A stretch of 64,000 bases of DNA from Camelus dromedarius (lineage: Eukaryota). Under the pieces are notes generated by a model that saw nothing but the letters and a program-made list of their open reading frames with translations, did no database searches and was not told the origin of the DNA. A program made the translations under genes and the position numbers. Where the stretch lies: positions 8,990,001 through 9,054,000 of the forward strand of contig NC_087437.1 of the NCBI RefSeq assembly GCF_036321535.1. The letters run 5' to 3'. Numbering within the stretch: the stretch's first letter is position 1; each line of letters opens with the position of its first letter. Shown here one piece after another: positions 22,726-34,351 of this stretch.

Positions 22726-22964
22726 AAAGAAGGTAACTGTTAAGCTAGAATAGAAATTGAAAACCAAGAAGGACTGCTGTCTAAGGAGATTCATATAGTT
22801 GCACAAAGATTTCTTAGTTGAATTCAAAGTGCAAAAAAAAGGAAAAGAGGGCAAGTGCCTCTATTAAAGTGTCAGGATATATTTTGAGTGGCCATCTGTC
22901 CTTCTGGGCTATATGCTCTGTTGGAACAGGCATGGGACCTTATACACCTTTGTGGTTTTGGTGG

Positions 22965-23170
22965 CATTCATTCTTTTATGCATCCAGCAATAAATACTCT
23001 CATTTGAATAAATGTTAGTGACTATATTTGTTGCTAGGTATTACTGGTAAGCAAGCAAAACTCAGCCCCTCTCCTCATGGAATTTCTAGTCTAGTGAAAG
23101 ATACAAACATAAATGAACAGACACTCAAAATCCAGTAGGATAAATAATCAGGGTTAATTTCAGGGTATTA
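22965..23170 (-). mobile_element. L2 3' fragment
   Basis: cattcattc...cctctcctcatggaatttctagtctagtg. Confidence 0.55.
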
Positions 23171-23309
23171 GGGCAAAATAATGGACTTACGTTCCTGGTT
23201 TCTGCTGGCTTCAGCTTATTGATAGAGATGCTATTGGCCAGAAATGCCTGGGGTCACTCACATGGGTCTGCAGCTGGCCTACCACGGGCATCTCCCCTTT
23301 CAGAACCAA

Positions 23310-23804
23310 TGTTGTAGTTTGGCTGGCCTTTGTGGTTCTTACTGTAATCACAAGACATCCTCAGCAATAACCATCAGGAAACTTTGAAAAAAAGATTTAT
23401 TCCTCACAAGTCCTGGAGAATACATGGCACATCTGGGGCCACACAGCAAGGTGATGGGTAAACAGAGTGTAGACCTGAGGTTCTGCTTTTATTGCAATCA
23501 AGGGTAGGAACCTAGAGTTTCATGAGTTCACTCTGTTGGTAAATTTAAAACATAAGAGCAGGAATTAAATCATGGGAAGGGGAAAATGAGCAGACAAATG
23601 GTCAGTTATCTAAGTCCACCAGAGACCTCTAAAACAAAGGAAACGTCGCAGAGGGGAGCATGGCCTGGTTCTTTATCTAGTCCTGTGCCTGGTAATATGT
23701 TTATCTGAGATAGCCATCTTTGAAGAGGATGCTTTAACAATCAAAAGCTCAAGTCAGGCCCTTGCATTACAATTAAAAAACCCAGCTGTCAGGTGCTTAC
23801 AACA
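23310..23804. mobile_element. Old solo LTR (ERVL-class, MER73/74-like)
   Basis: Inverted termini tgttgtag...ttacaaca; ggggccacacagcaagg and ctgcttttattg phrases; TSD not clean. Confidence 0.55.
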
Positions 23805-26754
23805 CAATCCCAAATAACGCGAACTCACATAACCTATGCTTGAAATTTTTGACGAACAGAATGGAAGAAGTACTCGTATTAGTTTTCCGAAGGTGGTAAG
23901 CGTTCATGTAAAGTAACCTAGTGTCGCTAGACTATTCCATGAATGTTCCAAGCCTCAAGAAAAATAACGATCAAAAATTGACACTTCTTCCAAAATCCTC
24001 ATTAGAGGGAAGTCTCTATTGAAATCCCCTTAGTGCCCCCAATTTTCATCCTTTTCGAGTGAGCTCTCCGTTAACCAGCTAGACATTTTGACATCAGGAC
24101 AGAAGCAGGAGAACTTGATCAATAGTGTGGCAACTGCAGGACATTTGCAATGGATGGCTCTAGGGGACAAGAGGTGGCTTGCACTCCATTCATCATATGC
24201 CTCCGGTTTCATATTCAAAAGCTCTCTTGCTTTACTTCTGACATTTCAGGTGTGAAGACCAAAGTCAGCAGTTCCCTTAGTGAATATTTTTAAAAAATTA
24301 TGCCAGCAGACTCTAGGGAGGAGATGTGGAAGCAAAAGGCAGGTAGTGACAGGAAAATGGATATGAGAAGTCTCGGTCCAGGAAAAAGAAGAGTACCCTG
24401 CATTCTGATATGGAGAGCCACTGCCTGGGGACACCTAGGCTTCTGTCCACTGCAGGAAGGAATCAGTTCTTTGTTTCTCAGTCTTTTCCCAAATGTTTTA
24501 AAAACAAATGGAATGATAGAAGTATATTCTTCCTAAAATATCACACGGACATTATATGGATAGTCCTGTGGTGTTCTTTACAGAGATTTCTTCTCTGATT
24601 GTGAGAGAATGTGTTTATAAAACTCAGGAAAGAGCAGGAAGTTTATCCCAGAGTCAAATGTGGCTTGCAAGTTCTTTTGCCATCTCTTCCATCATCGTTC
24701 TCAATTTGGGGAGCCCCACTTATTTATCTTATGTTGGAGATTTTAAAACCATCAACCCATGTCCCTTAAAGCATTAGAACCAAATGCATGAGAATGTAGA
24801 CTTTGCATGGAAAACAAATGAGCTGTCTGGACTTCAAGGAATGGTCCTTCAATGGTGGCCTTTCTTGCAATGAGGCTGGTGATAGAAGTCATCGAATAGT
24901 TCTTTGAGAGCAAGGGTGATGTTCCCATGGCTTCTTAAATCCTGGCTTGTTAGCAGTCATCTGCTTCACTGTTGCATCATTAGAATTTCCTTCCACACAA
25001 GTTGAGATGGAGAGTTGGTGGACTCTAAGTTCCAATTGCGTAAACCCAAGAGAGTCCCCATTTCAATGGTTTTCGTACATGATAAATTCAAGTGTTTATC
25101 CAACATTTAAAGCCTTGCTCAATAAAGTTCAATCATTTGGTTCAAATTGATATCTTTACTGGCTAAGTTTATAAAAAAAGTGATAGGTTACACGTTATCA
25201 TGCAACTCACCATCAATCTTCTGAATCCTACCTACCTTCCAAGGCTCAGTCCTGGATATTTGCCTCCTTGACACTTTCCCTGACCACCCCAACCTTCAGA
25301 TATCTAAAGAGTATCTCATACCCTCTAAGTCTTTTATCTATGCATGTTTTGGAACATAGTATATGCTTTCTCAAATTTTAGTGTTCAAGAACGTATTATG
25401 AGCCTCCTCTAAAGTTTGTGCCCCTGGAAAGAAGAAGACATACTTTGTGTTATCTTTGTTCAGTCCATACATTTATTGATGTATTGGTCTAGTGGTTCAC
25501 TGCTTGGACTGGTTATGTTCAGCCCAACTTATCAAAAATATAATGAGCACCTACCACATGTTAAAGAATGGAATTTTGGAGATGGAGAAAATAATATCCC
25601 TGCCCTCGTGAAGATAACTGACTAGTCAAGAAAGAAAGAAGAGCTCTGTTTCCAGCAGCCAAAATCGTTTCCAACAAAGCACATTAGATGGTGGGGTACC
25701 TGGGATAAGAGATTGTGCTAATTCATGTTTGTTACTTCAGTGTTAGGTACCAGATTTATTATATACATAACAACAGCCTGCACGACATTTCTAATATAAT
25801 AGGCGTCTCATGCTACGATGATCCTACTGCAGAGAACTGTTGGTCTCCTCCACTCCCCAGGAAGGCAGCTCCTCCTGTTATCAAATGACAACAGCTTCTG
25901 GCTAACTGCTAAAAACCTGGAAGCTACCTTTACACGCACGTTATCAACGAGTCACATTGATGACAGATCTGAAAATTATGCTCAAATCTCACCATCTCTC
26001 CTGCCTTCGTTGAAGACAGCAAATGTTTCTCTAATATCTGCAACTGCCTCCTAATTGATTTCCCTGCTTCCACGCCCTCTTCCGTTCTGTTTTGTTTTGT
26101 TCCACATCAAGCATATTATTCCTAACTTTGGCTTTGTTGATCCCCTTGCTTGGAATTCTCTTCTTCTTGAATAGGAATGTTGTCTTTTTTTTTTTAACCC
26201 ACAAAATCCCAAAGATATAGGAGATTTCCTAGTACAAAATAAGAAATCAATATTTATTAAAGGAAGGGGCAGATTTTGGTGGTGGTTGTGAAGACACAGT
26301 CATAAGTGAGTGACTTGAGAACCCATTGTTTGTGTGGCCAGGAACTGAATAGTCTCTGACCTCAAGAAGATTACGGCTTAAGTATATTTGATTATATGGG
26401 CTATCTGTATAAATAAATGAATGAGTAATCCTCTACTGCTAAGCGTTAGATGGATGATGACATAGTATGTCCTGGGTGAGCCCAGGAAAGTGGTGGCAGG
26501 CAACCACAATGGTTAAGCAATGGTTTTCTTCTTCAATACTTGTTTTTATGTCAATCAAAGCTTACCTTTAGCCAGAGGGGATTTCTGTTAGCCCTTTAGG
26601 GCTGGAAAACTCCCCAAGTGAGCAAGTATCAATCTCATGATGTATGTTTACTGACTAAATAAATCAGTAATTTTCTGGAAACTGTAAGAGATTGAAAAGA
26701 GGGCTGGATGTGCTCCCCCACCTCCATGTCTCATTGTCTTTGTGTCCTTTTCTG

Positions 26755-26890
26755 GAGCTCAAATTTTTAATTTTCATCTGAAAATTGGGAATATAATAGT
26801 AGTAACGATTGAAGGGGTGGTTGTGTGGCTTCAGGGAAGTAATGTGCGTAAATAATTAGGACCTGGTCCGGTACATGCTAAGTATTCACA
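26755..26890 (+). mobile_element. MIR fragment
   Basis: tcatctgaaaattgggaatataatagtag...ggttgtgtgg. Confidence 0.65.
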
Positions 26891-29068
26891 CACGACAATA
26901 TGATGATGAGGATGTACTGAAACATTTCTTAAGCTGCGGAATTCTTTGTGAATATAAAGAAGAAGAAATCAAGGGCTTGGAAAATAGAATGTCTTGTTCC
27001 TGGAATAGAGTTTAGACAATTGTATTTTAAACAGTTTTCACTATTTTAACTAAGCATATACTAGGTACTCAATAACATTTTGTGAAAAATCATGTTCAGG
27101 GTCAGAAGAGAGGAGGGCCAGAGACATTCAAGAAAATTTTCTTTTTTCTTGAAAAAATAATTCACATCATATATTTAAATTGTCCAGATTGTAACTGACT
27201 TCTGGGGGGTGGGGTGGATGTCTGAACATTCCTTGGAGTAATTGAAGCAATGGTGACATTTTCTGCAAAAAGACATAATCCAAAGTCTGAAATTTGGCTG
27301 AGTTTAAATTTTATCCACAGTTCAAGAGTAAACTGAAGGCATAGACCGGGATTCTCGGTGGAACATCAGGAAAAAGTTTTTTGTGTCTGAATTTGACCTT
27401 GACGACTCTGTATGGTTCATAGCTTTCATTAGTTGAACCAGGCTCACTGTAAGAGCCCAGTAAATACCTTTTGAATAAATGTGTTCAGGGACGGTCTATG
27501 TAAACTTCACGTGACCGCAGAGATGTGTGTGGATGGTTTCCAAGTCCTTTAGTCCCTCGGGACGGAGGTCATTTGTCATGACTGATCATGTCTGTGGCGT
27601 GGCCTCTTCACCTCCTTTCTGAAGCCCCCTCACTTCCAAAGAACTTTCCCATCTCCAGGAGTTGCACCCTGGGATGCTCAGCATGAAGCTGCAGTTTTTC
27701 AAGCCCCAGCGGGCTTCCCACTGATGAAAAAGGCATTTCTTATGTCCCTTGAGCCTGTGACCTTACTCTCTGTGACCCCACTCACCCCCACACTCCAGTC
27801 ATAGGAGGCCTGGTTTCCGAGGCTCACCTGACAGAGAAAGCTGAGCCACCTGCAAGGCCGTGAGAATAGCTGGCTGCGTGCTTGGGTACCACTCCAGCGA
27901 CCGCCAGGCCTGGGGGGGGCCTCTGGCTGGCCCTGTGATGCTGTCAGTTCCTCTGACTCACGCAGACAGCTTTCCTGAAAACGGTGTTCTTTCTGTAGAG
28001 AGCACCCTTCATCATAAGCATCTTTCCTCCTTCTCCCTCTCAACTTCCTGGAATCCCCTGTGAGACTCTCCAACGAAGTTCTCAAAGTTTGTTTTTTCAG
28101 AGTAGGTCTCTTAAAACCAGTGATAAAAACTGACAGTGCTTGACCAAAAACCTAGGCAGAAGGATTAAAATGTTTCTCCTTGGATTTCTGCTCAGCAGAA
28201 TGTAAAACTGGGATTTGTCAGAAGAGCAAATGAAGACATGTTTGGGCTCTGAAACAGGTCTCCTGCTCCAAATGTAACTACCAGCCTTAAAACTAGGGAT
28301 TGATAATCTAGTCCTTGGCCCGTGTTTTCATTATAATCTTCTGGAAGAATTAATCTAGGTGTCTGTGTCTGTCTCTTCTTGTCTGCACTGCCTATTGGCT
28401 CATTTCGCCACCTTAGGTCCAGGGGATAACAAGGTAACTAGTGCAACCTCCCTGCCCTGGACTGGGAGTTTGAGAGTCTGTTGTCTCCACACGTTGTGTG
28501 TCAAGGAAGTGAATCTGGCCCTGAGTGTAAGATAAACACCAGGTGCACAACTCCTTATTGAAATGTCACTCGGTGTGGGTAGCCAGTGTCTGCTCTGGTT
28601 TCCAGTGGCCCCTGCAGTTTCCCACCAGGACTGTATCTGAGCTTAAGCATGGCCCCACAAGATCTCCTCTCCCTTGCCTTTTTTTTTTTTCCCCCTAACT
28701 GCCGGTTCTCTTCCCCTGCTCTGGACCTAGACCAAGCAGGCTTTGGTGTCTCTTGCATCAATACAGATAAATACCTCTTCCATTAAACCTTGTCCCTCAA
28801 CCTATTTATGAAAACGCTACAACCCATATATTTAACGCTGCTAAAACCATGACCCTGAACTGCACCCCAATTGGTTAGGTCATCTCTTCTGTGGCTCTTT
28901 TGGCTCCTGGCCCCTCCATCTGCTCTGCCCCAACCTCTAAGAGAGAGATCCCAACATTTTGCCTGGCTTAGGACACAGTGTAAAACAGAGCGAAACCGGG
29001 AATCCGATTCCATTGCTGAGAACACAGGTTCTTGGTCTGAGGGGCCCCAGAAGTAATGAGCATAATTC

Positions 29069-29154
29069 TGAGTCATCCTAAAGTAATGCAATTCTCCTGA
29101 CTTCAGGGAAGGAGGAGGGTTTCGTTTCCTTTAAATTTGGCCGACATGAGTCAT
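29069..29154. promoter_or_regulatory. Candidate cytokine-inducible enhancer: AP-1 / GAS / ISRE / AP-1 cluster
   Basis: tgagtca 29069-29075; ttcagggaa (TTCN3GAA) 29102-29110; ggtttcgtttcct 29118-29130; atgagtcat 29146-29154; in apparently non-repetitive, CpG-retaining sequence. Motif evidence only. Confidence 0.4.
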
Positions 29155-29872
29155 TTATGAAAAACCAAGCTTTTTAAAGAAAGGGAATGTGGCCAAAGAA
29201 AGCCCTTGGCATCTCATCCTGCCTCGGGGCCTCCACCTCGTTCAGGACAAACCTACTCATGACGACACGGCTGCTTCCTCCCCAGGGGCCAGCTGGAACC
29301 CCAGACAGTAAAGCAGAGAAATGCCTCTTCCTCCGTAAGTGTCCCGTCACGGGGAAAGGTGCAGTTTGACTTCATAGTTTTCCGGGTTTCTGATCATGGG
29401 ATCCATCTGGTTAGAATAAAATTGGAGGAAAAGGGAAAGAATGAAAAAGGAACGTTCCTCTCCCCCCTCTTTAGGTCACGTGAAGAATTTTTAGCCAGCC
29501 TGAGTCCAGTGGTCTCCAAGCTGTGTTGAATGAAATCCAGCCTTCCAGCTAAGTCTTATGGGTGCAATGTCGGTCAAGTAAAAGAACTCATGAAACGGTT
29601 GGTTGGAGGCTGAGTGAAAGGAAGGCGACAAGTTTCCCACAGATTCCTTCTCCAGTGGATAATGGGCGTGAGTGCTCTGCACGGCAGCGGGACATTTAAA
29701 GGGACCCTCACATAGTGCCTCCCACGGAGTTCACAACTGTCCGCCTCCAGCCAGGGCTCCCTGATGAGCGCCCAAAAGGCTTCAGATCGTATCATTTCAA
29801 CTGGTCCCACAAAACATGCCCCAAAGAGAAAGAGAAGTCTACCTCCCGAATGCTGGTGGTCAGCACAGATCT

Positions 29873-30000
29873 GTTTTCTTTTTCTTTTTCTCTCCTCCCT
29901 ACTCGCTCCCTCCCTCCCTTCCTCCCTCCCTCCTTCCTCCCTCCTTTCCTTCCTTCCTTCCTTCTTCCCCTTCCTCTCTCCCTCCCTCCTTCCTTCCTTC
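29873..30000. repeat. Polypyrimidine (CCTT/CCCT)n low-complexity tract
   Basis: Directly visible; explains the PPSFL-type and RKEGG-type ORFs. Confidence 0.95.
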
Positions 30001-30628
30001 TATTGCTGGTAAATATAACCAGTGTCCAGGTTCTTGTCCTGTCCCAGAAAGAATTCAAAGACAAGATGCAGAGGTTAGGAAAGTATAGTAAGGATTTATT
30101 AAAGGATGGATAGGACACTCTGAAAGGGAGAGCAGGCAGGTTCAGGTGAGCGGCTGCTCTGAGTTTCTTTGGCAAGTTGTGACCAATGTTACACAGGGTG
30201 CAAAAATGAATGGGTGGGACATCCACTGGGGAGGGAAGAGTTTGAGGTTGTATTTCCTGATTTCCATCCCTTCACCACCTTCCCAAAGGGAGAAGGGATT
30301 TTTGTCCTTATTTAGTCTGGATCGGAAGTGTCATGGCATCGGTGCACGATGGGCACTTCTCATCTGCAAGGCTAATTTTATGGAAATGAGGGCATAATGA
30401 GCAAAAGGTTACATTTGGGCACTGGAGATTTCTGCCTTTTCCCACCTTTCTTTGTCAGTCTCCAGGCTACTTGTCACCCCAAAAGATGTGATTGCTTATC
30501 AGCCCAGAGGTTTCTGCTTTTCTTTCTCTGCCCAGGGACCCCTGGTGCTTACATGATGTGTGGTTTCCTGCCATTTGGCCTGCGTCCACCTTTCTCTGCT
30601 CATATCTAGCTATCTGCCTGCTCTAACA
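30001..30628 (-). mobile_element. Solo LTR, same family as 16029-16673
   Basis: Reverse complement begins tgttagagcaggcagatagctagatatgagc; perfect TSD cttc (29997-30000 / 30629-30632). Confidence 0.92.
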
Positions 30629-31309
30629 CTTCCAGTAGAGATGTCTCCTGAAGCTTTATTCCTGCTCTCACCGAAGTGTCTTCTGCATCATGGCGGGATA
30701 CAAAACAACAGCTGAAGAAAAAAAGAAATGAAAAATGATAATGCATTGCCTTGAAGGAAGTCACACTCTCAAGTGACCTATTATTTCTGTACTCAGATCT
30801 GCACATTCTGATTCATCTGTTCCAGGCTGCGTCTTCTAGGAGGGTTATGTTAGTTGCCTGGCCATCGGAGTGAGCTGAACAGGAGAAACTACATCACCAA
30901 ATCACAGAAATACTTTGTCTGGCCGCTAATGAGGAAGAGGCAAGCCCGAGCTCTGGTGCTTCCTGCAAACTTGAATTATCAGCTATTTTCTGTCTAACAG
31001 AGAAGAAGTTGAATTGTTCTCTCTGTCTAAGCAAATGGTGATTTGTGGTTCTGAATAAATTTAATTTCTAGCAACTGGTGAGCCTTATACTCAGAGAAAA
31101 ATTAAAGCAATTTGGGGTTGAGAGATAATGTTTTAAAAAATAACCATCATCATCATTGCAAATAAATGCTTTCCTCATCTAAGTAGGAATGGATAGATTC
31201 TCGGTTTTGAACATGTAGAATCTAGAATGGAAAACAGTGATTCTGTTCCCACATTTTTCTGATTTCATTCTCTCTTTGCCAAATTTGGTCCCCATTGCAA
31301 ATGTTTAAC

Positions 31310-31700
31310 CTTGGGAAAGTTACATCACCTTCTTTATCTCAGTGTCCTCATTTTTCAAAGAGGCTAATAAGGGTACCTACCTCACTGGGTTGTTACTGGT
31401 ATTAAATGAGATACTGTGGCAGGTACATGGAAAGCTCCAGTTGCTTTAGCCTGGAGATTTATGAATTTAAAATAAATTCAGAAGATATTACCTTTCCATA
31501 TGCCAGGCACTATTCTAAACGCTTCATCTAGATTAGTTCATGCAATCATTCTAACAAACCTGTATATATTTGTCCATTTTTCAAGAAGTAAAAGAAACAC
31601 AAGAGAGGCCAAGTAAACCGCATGAGTTCACACAGTAAAACCAGTGCCAGGGTTCAAACCTAGGTAGACTGACTTCAAATCCAGAGTAGCATTCTGCTAG
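31310..31700. mobile_element. Two MIR fragments in opposite orientations
   Basis: ccttgggaaagttac...tacctacctcactgggttgtt...attaaatgag (+) and tgccaggcactattctaa...gggttcaaacctagg (-). Confidence 0.7.
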
Positions 31701-32129
31701 TTTACCTGCCTCCACTCTCGCTCTCTTATTCATTTACTTTTTAATTCACATTACTACTAGCATGAGCTTTTTTTTTTTTTTTTTTTAAAGAAAACATGAT
31801 CCCATTGGTCATTTACTTGGAACCCTTCAAAGATTCTCCATCACTTGAATGTAGCTGACGAGATTCTTCACTATTCATCCATGTCTTCCTACCCGCTCAC
31901 ATTTGCCACAGCTCTGGCCTTTTATTTTATAATCTTGTGCAAGTATACGTCTGTATACTCTCCCCAACACTCAGCATGAGATTTAGCCCTCTACGCATTT
32001 GGACAACATGTCTTACTATGTCTGGACTATGCTTCACCTAAGATTTATTCTTCACAATGTAGCTCAGGTTTTGCCATTTTCAGGATGTCTCTTCTCAAAA
32101 CAGTTAACTGTTCCATTTCCTGTCCTGTT

Positions 32130-33227
32130 TGTGGCAGGCTGCATTTTCTGAAGATGACTGTAACACTATCTGCCACCATATGCAATTTTGCATTTGGATG
32201 TTACCACTGTTACCCCTCCATCAAGAGGTAGGGTCTGTTCTTCTGCTCCCTTGAACCTGGGCAGGCCCCGTGACTTCTTTGACCAATAGGACACAACAGA
32301 AATGATGCAAATTCCCATAGGCACAACCCTAAAACTGGCCTGGCAGTTCAACTCCCTGCCTCTCACACCTTTGAACCACCTTGTAAAGTCTATGCTACTC
32401 TGGTGGACAGGTATACAACCAAGAAGTTGAGATGCCAGACCTGGGATGAAAAAGCCATCTTTGACATCTGGCCTCGTTGAGTCAACAGATGATTCCAGCT
32501 ACAGCCATAATCTGACTGCAACCAAACAGAAGACTCCAAGAAAGAGCTACTGAGCCCAGCTGAGCCCAGCCCAACCGTTAGGTAGTTAGATAAGTGGGGC
32601 ACTGGGCAGACAGGTGGAGGAGAGGCAGGATGGTCCGGAAGATAGTGTTATGCCCACTTCCAGTATAAAGGGACTTTACTTCTTCTAAATGAGTGTCAGC
32701 AAAACAAACAAACAAAAAAACTGATTAAAACCCGACAGCTATGACTTCGTGATAGTAGAAAGGACTTAACCAGACACGATCAATGTTCATTGTATTATAA
32801 TTAACACTGCACTACCCCCGACCCTGCCATGGGTTGCTCTGCTTACATCATGGATAAGGACATGCGCAAATGGCCCAAACATGACTCAGCACCCCAGGGA
32901 CAAGAGCCGTCAATCAATCAAAAGACCACCTCTTAGTGACGGTATAAGAGGAAGGGGAGACAAAAACTGCACTCTTTTCTCCCTTGGATCAGCCCGCCTC
33001 CCATTCTTGGGGGTGTCCTTTTCCTTTCCTTTTAAATAAATCTTTTAAAATCTTTCACTACACAACACACGGTCTCCCGACTGCAAACTTGTCTTTCGGA
33101 TATGACAAGAACTGGGGTCTTTGCCTTTTGAAGTCACACAACCACAAAACTATAAGAGATAATGGTGAATTGTTTAAAGCCACTGAGTTCTGAGCTGGCT
33201 TGTGATGGTGCAGTAGAAACTAGAATA
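32130..33227 (+). mobile_element. MaLR LTR (MLT1-like), split by a younger LTR
   Basis: tgtggcaggctgcat...cccagctgagcccagcccaac | cacaaaactataagagataa...tttaaagccactgagtt...aactagaata. Confidence 0.8.
32576..33138 (+). mobile_element. Solo LTR nested in MLT1
   Basis: (t>c)gttaggtagttagata...gtcaca; TSD caac (32572-32575 / 33139-33142); tataa ~32943, aataaa ~33035. Confidence 0.8.
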
Positions 33228-33944
33228 CTGTTTATCTGAGTTCAGAGGGGCTTTATTCTCTCATTGTGCATATGCCATCGGTTGTAATCCTTTCTTTGTA
33301 TGCTTGTCTCCCTTACTAGACTGTGTACATCTTAAAGACGGGGACTGACTTTACAGGTATTGTAACATCAGTGCTTGAATGGTAGGCTTTCAATAGGTTT
33401 TTGTTGAATTTAAGTGAGTGTACAGGGTGGATTCATTTGTTTACATTTATTAAACTTGGTGAGAAGAAAAAAGACAAATTTTGTTAAAAGATTTAAGCTA
33501 CCACATAGGCCGTCTTTTCCGAGTATCCTGTTTTCTCCTCCAACTCCTCTAGCCATACCCAAGGGAATGTGAAGATGCAAATTCAGGGTCTGACTGAGGT
33601 ATCAAGATGAATTCAAAGCAGGGTAAATCCTTAAGGAAGCAAAGATTGCCTTCAGCACTGAAGAAGGTATGGAAAGTTACACTTGAAACTGATCTTACCA
33701 GTTGCCTCCAGGGAGAGAAGATGACTGGGGGTGGAGCACAGCGCTGAATAGAATGTTTGCCTTGTGCTGTGTTTTTTTGTTTTGTTTTATTTTGTTTTGT
33801 TTTTAATGAGTATATTTTACTTTTAAATGTAAGCAAAGATTTAAAAATAAAGGAAACCTGAAGAAAAGAATAAGGAATGACTGCGCACCCCACGTTACAC
33901 AGGGTGTGGGATTGACGATGAGTCCTCAGTCATGCCTTTGGGCT

Positions 33945-34138
33945 CCAGTGTCAGGCAGACCTGGACGGGAATCCTGGCTCCACCCTGGGGGACTTGGGCC
34001 AGGCACTTCTCTCTAAGCTTCAGTTTACTCAACTAAAGCACAGGCATAAACATAACCAGCCAAATTGATTGCAAATCAAGAGGTAATAGTTGCAAAGGGT
34101 TTAACACAGCGTCTGGTGTGTACTGAATGCTCAGTTAC
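33945..34138 (+). mobile_element. MIR SINE
   Basis: cagacctgga...aatcctggctccac...gacttgggc...cttcagttt. Confidence 0.75.
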
Positions 34139-34351
34139 TGGAGTGAAGAAAGAAAAGGAGAAGAGTGAGGAGCAGCAGAGGAGGAAGGAGGGAAAAAAGA
34201 TGTCAGTGATGATGACCATGCTTCCCAGTGCGAAGGATGGGCTTTTCTGACTCCATTCATTCTTAGTCCAAGCACTCAGCACCACACTCCTGAATGACTA
34301 ATATTTGCCCTACTTTGTCTTCCTGTCTTTAGTCTTTTTCTTGCCTTTAAT

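Larger units (their letters stand above)
31705..33420 (+). mobile_element. L2 remnant (31705-32125 and 33230-33420) interrupted by MLT1 and an LTR
   Basis: L2 3' end cttgtctcccttactagactgt...caatagg...tgttgaat at 33300-33420. Confidence 0.55.

Noticed and set aside
29715..30226. Overlapping 132-144 aa ORFs on both strands
   Set aside because: Open because they cross a stop-free (CCTT)n tract and an LTR.
32628..32651. Resemblance to the Y1 RNA 5' end (ggatggtccggaagatagtgttat)
   Set aside because: Short, gapped, lies inside an LTR, and the rest of Y RNA is absent.
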